From Pseudomonadota bacterium (GTDB lineage: Bacteria > Pseudomonadota > Gammaproteobacteria > Enterobacterales > Alteromonadaceae): a stretch of DNA of 64,000 bases. Location: positions 3,235 through 67,234 of the forward strand of contig JBNJDZ010000007.1 in assembly GCA_051745385.1 (NCBI GenBank). The letters run 5' to 3'. Both the position numbers and the translations under genes were made by a program. Shown one piece after another: positions 30,104 to 41,100 of the stretch (position 1 is the stretch's first letter; every line of letters starts with the position of its first letter). The notes under the pieces were generated by a model. It made no database searches and was not told the DNA's origin. It saw nothing but the letters and a program-made list of their open reading frames with translations.

Positions 30104-32191
30104 ATGAAATTTTTTAATAAAGAATTAAGTTGGCTCTCTTTCAACGAGCGAGTCTTGCAAGAAGCTGCGGACATTAGTGTTCCGCCAATTGAGCGAATCC
30201 GCTTCTTAGGCATTTTCTCCAGTAATATGGATGAGTTTTTTCAAGTTCGGGTAGCTGATGTAAAGCGCCGTATTTTCTTTAGTCAGGCGACGCAGGAACG
30301 GGAAGAACATGAACGCCTTATGGCGCAGTTGCAGAAAAAAGTGGGATTACTGCAGGAACGCTTTGATGAGGTACTGGAAGAAGTATTAGAAACGTTGCGA
30401 AAAAATGGCATTTCCCTACTCAGTATTGAGCAACTGAGTGAAGAAGAAAAACACCGACTGAGACGATTTTTTACGGAAAAAGTACAGCGTTTTATCGTGC
30501 CCATATGGGTCAATGGTAAAGGTAATCTGGCCAATGTTGTTCGCGAGGACGAAACTTACCTGTGTGTTGAAATTTTAAATGGTGATGACAAGCAGTACGC
30601 ATTGCTGGAAGTTCCTTCTGACCAGATGGACCGTTTTGTTAAGCTGCCAGTTAAAGGGCGCAGTAAAAAGCATAAGCTGCTATTTTTAGACGACATTTTA
30701 CAACTGAACTTAGAAGTTTTATTTCGGGGATTTATTCCATTTGAACAATTGCGGGCCTTTTCGTTTAAAACCACCAGAGATGCGGAATATCGCCCCTCCG
30801 ATGACATTGAGCAAAGCTTGCTTGAGCGCATGGAAGAAGGTTTAAAACAAAGGGTAAAAGCTGACCCAGTGCGTTTGGTTTATGATCGGGCAATGCCTGA
30901 AGACATGCTCGCTTTTTTGAGCAAAAAGCTGCAACTGACTCAGTTTGATTCATTTGTCGCAGGTGGGCGGTATCGCAATACCAGGGACTTCGCTAAGTTT
31001 CCTCACTTAGGTAAAACCTCTCTGACACATAAATCACTACCCACGTTACTGCATCCAAAGTTCTTGCACTCCGAGAACGTGTTTGATGCCATTCAAAACA
31101 GTGACATTGCTCTGTATTACCCGTACCACCGATTTTCTCATTTTACCGAATTTGTGCGGCAGGCGGCTTACGATCCTAAAGTTACCCGAATCTCTATGTG
31201 TATTTATCGCGTAGCGCCTAACTCACGAGTGGTTCGCTCATTGATGGATGCTGTGCAGAACGGTAAGCATGTAACGGTTATGGTGGAACTTCAGGCTCGG
31301 TTCGATGAAGAAGCTAATATTGAGTGGGCGAAGGAATTGACGGATTCCGGAGTGCGAGTGAGTTTTGGTATTCACGGCCTGAAAGTCCACTCAAAGTTGG
31401 TGCTGGTTCATCGTACTGAAGGCAATCTTGATAGGCGTTACGCTGTGATTGGAACCGGTAACTTTCACGAGGTCACGGCACAAATTTATACTGACTTTAG
31501 TCTGTTTACCTGTCAGCCTGATATTTGTAACGATGTCGAATCGGTCTTTCATTATCTGGAGCAACCTTACCGTGCGCATCTATTTCGCCATTTGATGGTC
31601 GCACCTGTGAATATGCGCCAGAGAATAAATGATCTCATTGAGTTCGAGATAGACCAGGCCAAAGCCGGTAATGCTGCTGAACTGTTTTTTAAAATTAATA
31701 ATTTAGAAGATGAAAGCTTAATTGTTCAACTTTACAGAGCTTCCCGCGCGGGTGTTAAAATTCGAGGAATTGTTCGCGGCATGTGTTCGCTAAGGGCTGG
31801 AGTAGAAAACCTCAGTGAGAACATCGAAATTCGCAGCATCGTCGATCGTTACTTAGAACACGCCCGGGTGTATGTTTTTGAGCATGGTGGTAAAAAAGAA
31901 GTCTTTATTGCTTCAGCGGATTTAATGACCCGTAACTTAGATCATCGCGTGGAAGTGGCGACGCCTATCTACGATAACGAGGTGAAAACTGAAATTTTGA
32001 AGATTATGACGCTACAGTGGAAGGATAAAGCGAAGTCGCGGCGCATTGACGCTGAACAACAAAATCGATACTGCTTTGAAAAGGAGCGGCAGGTCGGCAA
32101 TAGTCGCTCTCAGGTTCCTTCACAGGTTGCTATTCACCGTTATCTTAAGCGACGCAAGAGGGAATATGAAAGCCAGCAAAAAGACGTCTAA
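30104..32191 (+). CDS. ppk: Polyphosphate kinase 1
   Basis: FNKELSWLSFNERVLQEA... is present, with two PLD-like HKD-type C-terminal domains (VHSKLVLV). The length of 695 aa is typical of PPK1. Confidence 0.95.
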   Translation: MKFFNKELSWLSFNERVLQEAADISVPPIERIRFLGIFSSNMDEFFQVRVADVKRRIFFSQATQEREEHERLMAQLQKKVGLLQERFDEVLEEVLETLRKNGISLLSIEQLSEEEKHRLRRFFTEKVQRFIVPIWVNGKGNLANVVREDETYLCVEILNGDDKQYALLEVPSDQMDRFVKLPVKGRSKKHKLLFLDDILQLNLEVLFRGFIPFEQLRAFSFKTTRDAEYRPSDDIEQSLLERMEEGLKQRVKADPVRLVYDRAMPEDMLAFLSKKLQLTQFDSFVAGGRYRNTRDFAKFPHLGKTSLTHKSLPTLLHPKFLHSENVFDAIQNSDIALYYPYHRFSHFTEFVRQAAYDPKVTRISMCIYRVAPNSRVVRSLMDAVQNGKHVTVMVELQARFDEEANIEWAKELTDSGVRVSFGIHGLKVHSKLVLVHRTEGNLDRRYAVIGTGNFHEVTAQIYTDFSLFTCQPDICNDVESVFHYLEQPYRAHLFRHLMVAPVNMRQRINDLIEFEIDQAKAGNAAELFFKINNLEDESLIVQLYRASRAGVKIRGIVRGMCSLRAGVENLSENIEIRSIVDRYLEHARVYVFEHGGKKEVFIASADLMTRNLDHRVEVATPIYDNEVKTEILKIMTLQWKDKAKSRRIDAEQQNRYCFEKERQVGNSRSQVPSQVAIHRYLKRRKREYESQQKDV

Positions 32192-33671
32192 TAACGATTC
32201 AAAGCAGTTTGCTGCGTTGGATATTGGCTCCAACAGCTTTCATTTAATTATTGCTCGCTTAGTTGAAGGTCAGCTTCAACCGATATTTAAGTTCAAACAG
32301 CCGGTCCAGCTTGGCGAAGGCTTGTCCAATCGGCATCTGAGTGATGCTGCGGTTTACCGCGGCGTTGAAGCTCTTCGGCAATGTGCTGTGCGGCTGAAGG
32401 GGTTTGACAGGGATACTGTAAAAGTTGTGGCGACACACACTTTACGTAAAGCGAAGAATCGTAAACGGTTTTTGGCAGAAGCTGCTAAGGTACTTCCTTT
32501 TCCTATCGAGGTTATTTCGGGGCGGGAAGAAGCACGCCTGATTTTCCGCGGTGTGGCGGAAACGAGTTCAGAATCAGGCGCTCAGTTAGTTATTGATATT
32601 GGTGGCGGTAGTACGGAGTTTGCGGTTGGAAACAAACGCCAGCCGACTTTTTTAAGCTCTAGAAGCATCGGCAGTCTGGCTTTTTCAAAAGAATTTTTCT
32701 CGTCGGGGAAAATCACACCAAAACGATTTGATAAAGCGGTTGTATCAGCCCGTCAGCACGTTGAACCGATAGCTAATTATTTAGCGAACAATCCGATAGA
32801 CAGCGTTTTTGGTACATCGGGAACAATAAAGGCGATTTACCAGTGGATTGTGAAGCGCGAGGGTGAGCAGCCCATGGGAATAACCTATTCTCAACTGCAC
32901 GCTTGCAGGAGCGAACTTATTGAGGCTGAGTCGGTAAAAAAAATCAATAAAGAAAGGGTATCACCGGAACGTCGGGAATCGATTGCCGGAGGCGTGGCTG
33001 TTCTATTAGGGATCTTTGAAGAACTCGACATTGAGAGCCTTACGCCTCATGACGCGGCTTTGAGAGAAGGCGTTTTGTACGAATTGGCGGGAGAAGTCTT
33101 ACTTCATCAGGATGTCCGGGAGCGCACTATTTATAGCTTAGCTCAGCGTTACTCGGTCGATTCTGCACAGGCAGAAAGGGTCTGGTCAACCGTTCAGATC
33201 ATATGGGCTGGAGTAGCAGAAAGCTGGGGGATAACAGAGCACGATCTGGTGGTCTTGTTAGAGGGCGCCGTTAAGTTACATGAGGTTGGGTTGAGTATCA
33301 GTGCCAGCGGTGTACAAAAACACTCTGGGTATATTTTGGCTCACGCCTATATGCCCGGTTTTAATGCTGAAGAGCAACGCTTTCTTTCCACTGTTGTCAG
33401 GTTTTTTCGGAAAAAAATACAAACAGCAGAATTTCCTGATTTGACTCTTTTCAGCCACAACCAATTAATTAAAATGATGATAATCTTAAGGTTGGGCGTT
33501 ATATTAAACAACGACAGACAAAGCAAGTCGGCACTCGATAAGGCCTGTGTAAAAGGAAATGCGCTGCAATTAATATTGAGTAAAAGAGCGAAACAAGACT
33601 CTGTGCTTGCTATACAACTTGATTGCGAAGCAAAGACAATTCAACGATTGGGTTATGAGCTCCTTTTTTAA
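32166..33671 (+). CDS. ppx: Exopolyphosphatase (Ppx/GppA family, 501 aa)
   Basis: Carries the ASKHA phosphate-binding motifs ALDIGSNSFHLIIA and VIDIGGGSTEF. The start was trimmed to the ATG at 32166, which overlaps the ppk 3' end by 26 nt. Confidence 0.92.
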   Translation: MKASKKTSNNDSKQFAALDIGSNSFHLIIARLVEGQLQPIFKFKQPVQLGEGLSNRHLSDAAVYRGVEALRQCAVRLKGFDRDTVKVVATHTLRKAKNRKRFLAEAAKVLPFPIEVISGREEARLIFRGVAETSSESGAQLVIDIGGGSTEFAVGNKRQPTFLSSRSIGSLAFSKEFFSSGKITPKRFDKAVVSARQHVEPIANYLANNPIDSVFGTSGTIKAIYQWIVKREGEQPMGITYSQLHACRSELIEAESVKKINKERVSPERRESIAGGVAVLLGIFEELDIESLTPHDAALREGVLYELAGEVLLHQDVRERTIYSLAQRYSVDSAQAERVWSTVQIIWAGVAESWGITEHDLVVLLEGAVKLHEVGLSISASGVQKHSGYILAHAYMPGFNAEEQRFLSTVVRFFRKKIQTAEFPDLTLFSHNQLIKMMIILRLGVILNNDRQSKSALDKACVKGNALQLILSKRAKQDSVLAIQLDCEAKTIQRLGYELLF

Positions 33672-33746
33672 CGGAGAGCATGGTTGCTTGGCTTTTAATC
33701 AATAAATTGCACGTTTAAACGTTACGGATAAGAAGAGGAGAGTCAT

Positions 33747-34094
33747 ATGACAATGGAAGTGAACTCAGAACATCAGGAACAACTAAAGAAAATGGCACTT
33801 GTTGGGTATATTTTATATGCCCTGAGTCTCATTATTCCTTTTGCGTCGATTGCCGCTGTTATTTTAGCCTACTTAAAGCGTAGTGAAGCCCGTGGCACCT
33901 GGGTGGAAAGTCATTTTAACTGGCTAATCAAAACCTTCTGGGTGGGCGTTATTGGAACAATCATTGGTATCATACTGTTGTTTGTTGTTATCGGCTATTT
34001 AGTACTACTGGCGGTTACGATATGGGTTATTTATCGTGTAGTTCGCGGCTGGCTGGCGCTGTCAGAAAACAAGCCTGTTATTGCTGACATTTAG
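33747..34094 (+). CDS. Small integral membrane protein of unknown function (115 aa, about 3 TM segments)
   Basis: A GAGGAG Shine-Dalgarno sequence lies 6 nt upstream. Hydrophobic segments are LVGYILYALSLIIPFASIAAVILAYL and FWVGVIGTIIGIILLFVVIGYLVLLAVTIWVIY. I recognise no enzymatic motif. Confidence 0.6.
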   Translation: MTMEVNSEHQEQLKKMALVGYILYALSLIIPFASIAAVILAYLKRSEARGTWVESHFNWLIKTFWVGVIGTIIGIILLFVVIGYLVLLAVTIWVIYRVVRGWLALSENKPVIADI

Positions 34095-34098
34095 ATGT

Positions 34099-34219
34099 GT
34101 AGCCTGACGTTCACGTCAGGAACAACCTCTCATCTGACATAAATGTCAGGCTACGTGCATCCTGTAGCCTGACGTTTACGTCTGGACCAATATCTCACCT
34201 GACATAAATGTCAGGCTAC
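34099..34219. repeat. Two tandem 56-bp REP-like double-hairpin elements (34099-34154 and 34164-34219)
   Basis: The two units are 50/56 identical with a 65-bp period. Each has the form GTAGCCTGACG-N4-CGTCWGG ... CTGACATAAATGTCAGGCTAC, with perfect 10-bp terminal inverted repeats GTAGCCTGAC/GTCAGGCTAC. They fill the convergent gap between the membrane-protein and porin genes. Confidence 0.8.
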
Positions 34220-34226
34220 GCGGCCT

Positions 34227-35399
34227 TTAGAACGAGTACATCGCCATTAGCTGCAGGCGGTTTAAGTCACCATCCACATTGGCTTCAGTTTCACGGTCTG
34301 CCTTTGAGATTTCCGCCCCAAAAGTCAGGTTAGATGCTGGTGAATACATCAGGTTAAACGCAATACGCTGAGTGTGTTCCGTCGTATCGCCAGCAAGTGC
34401 TAACATCTCACCATCGTTGTCGGCCCAGGCGCGAGAATATACTACGTTTGAACGCAGTTTTTCAGTCCAGAAATGACGGTAAGCGAAAGAAACTCCGGTT
34501 GAATCAATGGCTTCTAACTCGCCGTTACCGTCAATATAAGCACCATTCCAGGTGTTAAGACCTAAATAACGACCCAAACCTGAACCCGTGGTGACTGATG
34601 CCCGAATATCGTCCATGCCGAAAGTGTATTTAGCGCCAAAGCTGGCACCGTAACCAAAGGTGGTTTCGTCATCGCCAGTTTGAGTGACATCGTAAGTTAA
34701 TTGGCGTAAAAGTGCCGAAGCCTGCCAGGTAAGATTGTCTGTTTTACCGGTATATTTAAAGGTCACGTCCGGAGCAAAGCCGTCACTGGAAATAATACGC
34801 CCGCCACCAGCAGGTGTTACGGTTGTTTCAGGGTTTTCAATTGAAGCGCTAAAGCCACCAGAGGTGTAACGAATTTGGGCCTGGCGGTTGAAGATAATGC
34901 CATCGGTGATGCCGATAAAATCGACGGATTCAGCCAGAATATTGAGATCCTGGAAGTTTGACCAGGTTTGACCAAAAGTCCATTTTCCATATTTCAAAAA
35001 TGCGTGACGTAGACGCGGATTATAAGAGTTTGAAATACGTTGGTCGCCGTCAGGGGTCAACATAAAGTCCATTTCGATATGGCCGGTCAGCGTTTCACCA
35101 TTATCCAGGTCCGTATCGGTGGTCAGGAAAAATCGCGACTGGCGCGCATGAAAATCGGTGACCATGTCGTCGCCTTCACCGCCCACAGGGGTGAGGCTTG
35201 GAATATACTGTTGCCGGGCGATACTACCACTTGAAGGTGCCTGACCATCGGTATAGTCCGATACCATCATGTCGAGTTTAACAAAACCACCAAAATCGAT
35301 GTCAGTTTCGTTTGCCTGAGCGCCTAAGCTCATAACACCGAGTACTGCAGCGCTTGCTGCCGATACGGTGAATTTCTTTGCGATACTTGCTTTAGCCAT
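34227..35399 (-). CDS. Outer-membrane porin (beta-barrel, possibly DcaP-like)
   Basis: Has a signal peptide ending AQA, alternating amphipathic beta-strands, a C-terminal ...LMAMYSF with terminal Phe, and motifs RLRHAFL and GQTWSNF. The family assignment is tentative. Confidence 0.7.
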   Translation of the reverse strand: MAKASIAKKFTVSAASAAVLGVMSLGAQANETDIDFGGFVKLDMMVSDYTDGQAPSSGSIARQQYIPSLTPVGGEGDDMVTDFHARQSRFFLTTDTDLDNGETLTGHIEMDFMLTPDGDQRISNSYNPRLRHAFLKYGKWTFGQTWSNFQDLNILAESVDFIGITDGIIFNRQAQIRYTSGGFSASIENPETTVTPAGGGRIISSDGFAPDVTFKYTGKTDNLTWQASALLRQLTYDVTQTGDDETTFGYGASFGAKYTFGMDDIRASVTTGSGLGRYLGLNTWNGAYIDGNGELEAIDSTGVSFAYRHFWTEKLRSNVVYSRAWADNDGEMLALAGDTTEHTQRIAFNLMYSPASNLTFGAEISKADRETEANVDGDLNRLQLMAMYSF

Positions 35400-35581
35400 G
35401 GTGTTCTCCCCTGTCAGCCAAGTGTTCGTTTTGATCGTGCATTTTATTGTTATGCCAAAGATAAACGCTGTTAATTCTCGTTAACTGGTCAATTTTTATC
35501 AATCTAGACTATGGTCTAATAGTGTTTAAGCCCTTTAAAACGTACAACAGATACCATCTTGCGAATAAGGAGGAAGAGGTA

Positions 35582-37522
35582 ATGTCGCAACTGTATTCAG
35601 TTCCTGAACATATCAAAGCAAAAGCTAAAATCGATAATGACGGTTATAAGAAACTGTACCAACAGTCAGTAGACGATCCTGAAGGTTTCTGGAGTGAACA
35701 CGGACAGCGAATTACTTGGTTCACGCCTTACACCAAAGTTAAAAATACCAGTTTCGAACCGGGTAAAGTCAGTGTTAAATGGTACGAAGACGGCACTTTA
35801 AACGCCTGTTACAACTGTGTCGACCGTCACCTTGCTGATAAAGCCGATAAAACCGCGATTATATGGGAAGGTGACGACCCTAGTGTAGACAAACACATCA
35901 CCTACCGCGAGCTACATAAAGAGGTATCCCGTTTTGCTAATGGCCTGAAAAAATTAGGTATTGGTAAAGGTGATCGTGTCGCTATTTACATGCCAATGGT
36001 GCCGGAAGCGGCTTATGCCATGTTGGCTTGTGCACGCATTGGTGCTGTTCACTCGGTTATCTTCGGTGGTTTCTCACCAAACGCGATTGCGGATCGTATT
36101 AACGACTGCCAGGCAAAAGCCATTATTACCGCTGACGAAGGTCGCCGTGGTGGTAGCACTATTGGTCTTAAAGCCAATGTTGATAAAGCACTGTCTGATG
36201 GGGCTTGTCCGTCACTAGAGCACAGCATTGTTTGTCGTGTGACCGAAGGTGAGGTTGAATGGACAGAGGGCCGTGATGTTTGGTGGCATGAGCTGGTTGG
36301 CAACGTCAGCGACGAGTGTCAGGCAGAAGTGATGAACGCCGAAGACCCGTTATTCATTCTTTATACCTCGGGCTCAACCGGTAAACCTAAGGGTGTGGTG
36401 CATACCACAGGCGGTTATATGGTGTACGCATCAATGACCCACGAGTACGTTTTTGACTATCAGGAAGACGAAGTCTACTGGTGTGCGGCGGATGTTGGCT
36501 GGATTACAGGTCACTCTTATATTGTTTATGGACCATTGGCGAATGGTGCAACGACTCTGATGTTTGAAGGTGTTCCCACTTACCCGGGTGTTGGCCGTAT
36601 TGGTGAGATTGTCGATAAGCACAAAGTGAATATTCTTTATACGGCACCAACCGCTATTCGCGCGCTGATGGCGAAAGGAGATGAGGCTGCTAAAACCTCA
36701 ACTCGCGAAAGCTTACGTATTCTGGGTAGTGTTGGTGAGCCGATTAATCCGGAAGCATGGGAGTGGTATCATCGCGCTATTGGTAATGGTAAATGCCCAA
36801 TTATGGATACCTGGTGGCAAACTGAGAATGGCGGTATTTTGATTACTCCGTTACCGGGCGCTACAGATTTGAAACCAGGCTCTGCAACACGTCCTTTCTT
36901 CGGTATTCAACCGGCTCTGGTTGATAGCGAAGGTAATATTCAGGAAGGTGAAGCGGAAGGTGGTCTGGTGATCAAAGACTCCTGGCCGGGACAAATGCGA
37001 ACGCTTTGGGGTGACCACGAACGTTTCGAGCAAACTTACTTCTCCACCTTTAAGAATATGTACTTTAGTGGTGATGGGGCACGCCGCGACGCCGATGGTT
37101 ACTACTGGATTACTGGTCGTATGGATGACGTTCTGAACGTGTCAGGACACCGCTTAGGTACCGCTGAAATTGAAAGTGCGCTGGTAGCACATAAGTCTGT
37201 GGCGGAAGCGGCAGTTGTTGGCTATCCGCATGACTTAAAAGGTCAGGGTATCTATGTGTACGTGACACCAGTTGAAGGTGTTGAGGTAAGCGATGAATTG
37301 ACCAAAGAAGTTCGTAACTGGGTTCGCTCTGAGTTAAGCCCAATTGCAACGCCTGATTTGATTCACTGGACCACAGGTCTGCCTAAAACTCGTTCGGGTA
37401 AGATCATGCGCCGTATTCTGCGTAAGATTGCTGCGAATGAGTATGAAAACCTGGGTGACACCTCTACGCTTGCCGATCCAAGTGTGGTAGATTCATTGAT
37501 AGAACATCGCATGAATAAATAA
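35582..37522 (+). CDS. acs: Acetyl-coenzyme A synthetase (646 aa)
   Basis: Near-colinear with E. coli Acs as I recall it: [23 protein letters not shown]-binding motif [11 protein letters not shown] and C-terminal [13 protein letters not shown]. The start was trimmed to the ATG at 35582, after AAGGAGG. Confidence 0.96.
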   Translation: MSQLYSVPEHIKAKAKIDNDGYKKLYQQSVDDPEGFWSEHGQRITWFTPYTKVKNTSFEPGKVSVKWYEDGTLNACYNCVDRHLADKADKTAIIWEGDDPSVDKHITYRELHKEVSRFANGLKKLGIGKGDRVAIYMPMVPEAAYAMLACARIGAVHSVIFGGFSPNAIADRINDCQAKAIITADEGRRGGSTIGLKANVDKALSDGACPSLEHSIVCRVTEGEVEWTEGRDVWWHELVGNVSDECQAEVMNAEDPLFILYTSGSTGKPKGVVHTTGGYMVYASMTHEYVFDYQEDEVYWCAADVGWITGHSYIVYGPLANGATTLMFEGVPTYPGVGRIGEIVDKHKVNILYTAPTAIRALMAKGDEAAKTSTRESLRILGSVGEPINPEAWEWYHRAIGNGKCPIMDTWWQTENGGILITPLPGATDLKPGSATRPFFGIQPALVDSEGNIQEGEAEGGLVIKDSWPGQMRTLWGDHERFEQTYFSTFKNMYFSGDGARRDADGYYWITGRMDDVLNVSGHRLGTAEIESALVAHKSVAEAAVVGYPHDLKGQGIYVYVTPVEGVEVSDELTKEVRNWVRSELSPIATPDLIHWTTGLPKTRSGKIMRRILRKIAANEYENLGDTSTLADPSVVDSLIEHRMNK

Positions 37523-37543
37523 TGTCACTTAATTTGGAATCTC

Positions 37544-38176
37544 ATGGCGAAATTTTTAATCGCAGATGACCACCCATTGTTTCGCGAGGCGCTGCAAGGC
37601 GCTCTCGCGAATCACTTTTCTGAACTCACCCTACGCGAAGCAGAAGACTTAGACTCAACTCTGGCGGCGTTAAATAAAGACGACGACGTCGATTTGCTCC
37701 TGCTGGATTTGCATATGCCGGGCAGTGGTGATTTGTACGGTCTTATTCGTGTAAGAGAAGATTACCCACTTTTACCTGTAGCTATTATTTCAGGTAGTGA
37801 AGACTCGTCAATTGTTGCTAAGTGCATTGGTTTTGGTGCCTTGGGATTTATTCCAAAATCATTGCCCTCTGCTGAAATAGCAGAGGCGATAGATACCATT
37901 TTACAGGGTGAGACCTGGGTTCCAAAAGAAACCCGGGAGCGGCTGGATGTTATTTCTGATGAAGATCAGGAACTGGCGCGCAAGGTTGCAGAACTTACCC
38001 CGCAGCAGTACCGGGTGTTACATTTCCTTCACGAGGGTCTGCTGAATAAACAGATTGCCTATCAACTGGGAATAACCGAAGCAACGGTGAAAGCGCACAT
38101 TACTGCAATATTCCGCAAACTGGGGGTTTACAGTCGTACCCAGGCTGTTTTGGTGGCTGAACGTCTGCAATTATGA
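37544..38176 (+). CDS. crbR: Response regulator, NarL/LuxR family (CrbR/ErdR-like acetate-switch regulator)
   Basis: Has a receiver domain (ADDHPLF...LLLLDLHMPG) and a LuxR-type HTH (LTPQQYRVLHFLHEGLLNKQIAYQLGITEATVKAHITAIFRKLGV). It lies between acs and an SSS-domain hybrid kinase. Confidence 0.75.
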   Translation: MAKFLIADDHPLFREALQGALANHFSELTLREAEDLDSTLAALNKDDDVDLLLLDLHMPGSGDLYGLIRVREDYPLLPVAIISGSEDSSIVAKCIGFGALGFIPKSLPSAEIAEAIDTILQGETWVPKETRERLDVISDEDQELARKVAELTPQQYRVLHFLHEGLLNKQIAYQLGITEATVKAHITAIFRKLGVYSRTQAVLVAERLQL

Positions 38177-41100
38177 CCTGGCTACTAATATTTGCCTCAC
38201 TGGCTTATGTGATCTTTCTTTTCGCAGTTGCCACCTGGGGTGACAGGCTCGGCTCCTGGGCGAATAAGATTAGTCATAAACCTTTTGTTTACTCCATGTC
38301 GTTGGCAATTTATTGTACGTCGTGGACGTATTATGGTGCCGTAGGAAATGCCGCCGTCGACGGCTGGGCATTCTTCCCCATTTTGCTGGGGCCTATTCTA
38401 CTGTTTTTGTTTGGTATCCGAATTCTGGAAAAATTGGTTTCGGTTAGTAAACAACAAAACATCACTTCCATTGCCGATTTCATTTCATCCCGTTTTGGAA
38501 AAAGGCGTCGGCTTGCCGTAGCTGTTACCGGCATCGCCGCCGTTGCTATCATTCCTTACATAGCACTCCAGCTAAAAGCCGTAGGTATCAGCTTCGCCGT
38601 ATTAACAGAAAGTACGGGCATGATGGCAGAGTTTTCGATTAAAGAGCTTGGAGCTGCTGCCTTAATGGCTATTTTCGCCATGCTGTTTGGTACGCGGCAT
38701 GTTGAGGTTACTGAATATCGCAGCGGTATGATTCTGGCTATTGCCGTAGAGTCCATGATTAAACTGGTGGCGCTGCTGGCTGCCGGTATATTTGCCTGGT
38801 CTCTTATTCAGGGCGATGCGCAGTATGATTTAATCAGTTCGTTTACTGACATTAGTAAGCCGCAGTGGTCTTTCGCCTCATTTGGCGAGTTTGAGTTTAT
38901 TGTCCAGACCTTTATGGCCGCTGGCGCAATTCTTTGCCTGCCCAGACAGTTTCACGTTGCGGTAGTGGACAATGTCGACGTTCGACACTTACGGACTGCA
39001 CGCTGGGGCTTCCCGCTGTATTTAGCGTTAACGGCTGCCGCTATAGTCCCCATTGCGATTGCTGGTACATTTTATCTTTCGGCGAGCTCTGACGGTTCAA
39101 CTTATGCTTTGCAGCTGCCGCTTTTGAAAGATCAACTGTGGTTATCTCTGGTTATCTTTATTGGCGGAATTTCGGCCGCAACGGCTATGGTGATTATTGC
39201 CTCTGTCACGTTGAGCACCATGATCACTAACGATGTCATCATGCCTATTTTGCTGCAGCGTGAATCGCGCTTGCCGTTAAAGCACAGACGCAGAGAATAC
39301 GACCGGGCGTTATTATTAATCCGCCGTGTGGCCATTGCCGTAACGATGGTTTTGTCTTTTCTGTGCTACTACTTCTGGGCCGCACGTACCAACTTGGTCA
39401 GTATTGGTTTGCTGGCGTTTTCTCTGGTTTTACAGTTGCTGCCGGCTTTACTGGCTGCACTTTATTGGCGAAAAGGCCACGCCCGTGGTGTCTATGCCGG
39501 ACTGTTGGCCGGTTCCGTGGGTTGGGTTATCGCGGTATTAATTCCTTTGTATACGAACAACCAACTGACCGACGTCGAAATTATTACTCGGGGAACCGTT
39601 GTTTCATTAGGGCTCAATACCTTCAGTTTTATTGTTTTTTCTCTGCTGGCAAAGCCGCGGTTAGTCGACAGAATTCAGTCAACGGCTTTTGTAAAACCAA
39701 GAGCGGCCCTACCCGACTTACACCTAAACAAGAACGACAATGCGACCAACGCAGACATGCTGCTGTTGCTCAAAACTTTCCTGGGAGCAGAGCGCGCCCA
39801 GCAACTGATGCAGTACTATCAACGTCCGGAAAATGCGGAACTTAAGCTGGAAGACGTTGCAGAAAAGCCGTTTATCAGTTTTGTCGAAAGGGCCATTGCC
39901 GGTGTGCTGGGTTCTGCAACAGCCCGATCACTAATTGATGCCGCCCTGAGGGACAAGCAGCTTAATCTGGAAGAGGTTGTTCACTTCTTTGACGACACAA
40001 CTCAGGCACTGCAAACACAGCAGTCAATACTGTTCAGTTCGCTTGAGAACCTGGCTCAGGGTATTAGTGTCGTCGATGCTGAGTTACGCCTGGTGGCCTG
40101 GAATAAACGGTACCTGGATTTGTTCGAATACCCTGAGGGTATGGTTAAGCCGGGTCAGCCGATTGCTACGCTCATTCGTTATAATGCAGAGCGTGGTGAA
40201 TGTGGTCCGGGTGAGGTCGATGAACTGGTCGATAAGCGTTTGCGTTATATGCAAATGGGATCTGCGCATCGCTTTATCCGCCGCAGGGCAGATGGACGGG
40301 TTATTGAAATGGTAGGGAACCCGCTGCCAACCGGAGGCTTTGTTACCAGTTTTACCGATATTACGTCACACGTCGAAACTCAGCAGGCGCTGGAAGATGC
40401 GAATATTGATCTTGAGCAGCGGGTTGATGTTCGTACGCAGGAAATTCGGGAAATTAATCAGGAACTGACGGCTGAGATCGATAGGCGGCGTCAGGTAGAA
40501 GAAGAATTAAAGAAGGCCAAAGCAGAAGCCGAAGCAGCAAATGCTTCGAAAACACGCTTTCTGGCCCTGGCCAGTCATGATATTTTACAGCCGCTAAATG
40601 CGGCACGGTTATACCTCTCAGCAATTCAGGAAAAAGAACTCTCAGAGCGTAACTTGTCGTTAGTGGGTAAGCTGGATACGGCGCTCGGCTCAACCGAGCA
40701 TCTTTTGTCGACTTTATTATCGATAGCGAAGATGGATCAGGGGGCGTTAAAACCGCAGTTCCGGCATGTTCAGCTCAGTTCCGTTCTGGCTCCTCTGGTT
40801 GAGGAATACGCTGTACTTGCTGAACAGAGAAAGCTGGATTTCCGCGCCTTCTATAAAGACAGACCCGTGTATACCGACCCGACGTATTTGCGGCGTATAG
40901 TGCAGAACTTCTTATCCAATGCCATTAAATACACGCAAAAGGGCAGTGTATTATTAGGGGTTCGCAAGCGCGGAGATGAACTTCAAATTGCGGTGTGGGA
41001 CACAGGTCCGGGTATTGCTGCGCAGCAACAGAACAAAGTATTTGATGCATTTTACCGCGTGCAGAACCAGACGGTAGACGGAGTCGGATTAGGGTTGAGT

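Noticed and set aside
39363-39845. A 160-aa alternative-frame ORF inside crbS; similar long internal or antisense ORFs at 54770-55246, 57255-57677, 57696-58166, 16187-16624, 18038-18463, 62636-63079, 7359-7766 and 4263-4640.
   Set aside because: All lie wholly within genes that have strong homology in another frame or strand. They encode R/S/P/L-rich sequences without motifs and lack ribosome-binding sites. I treat them as non-coding.
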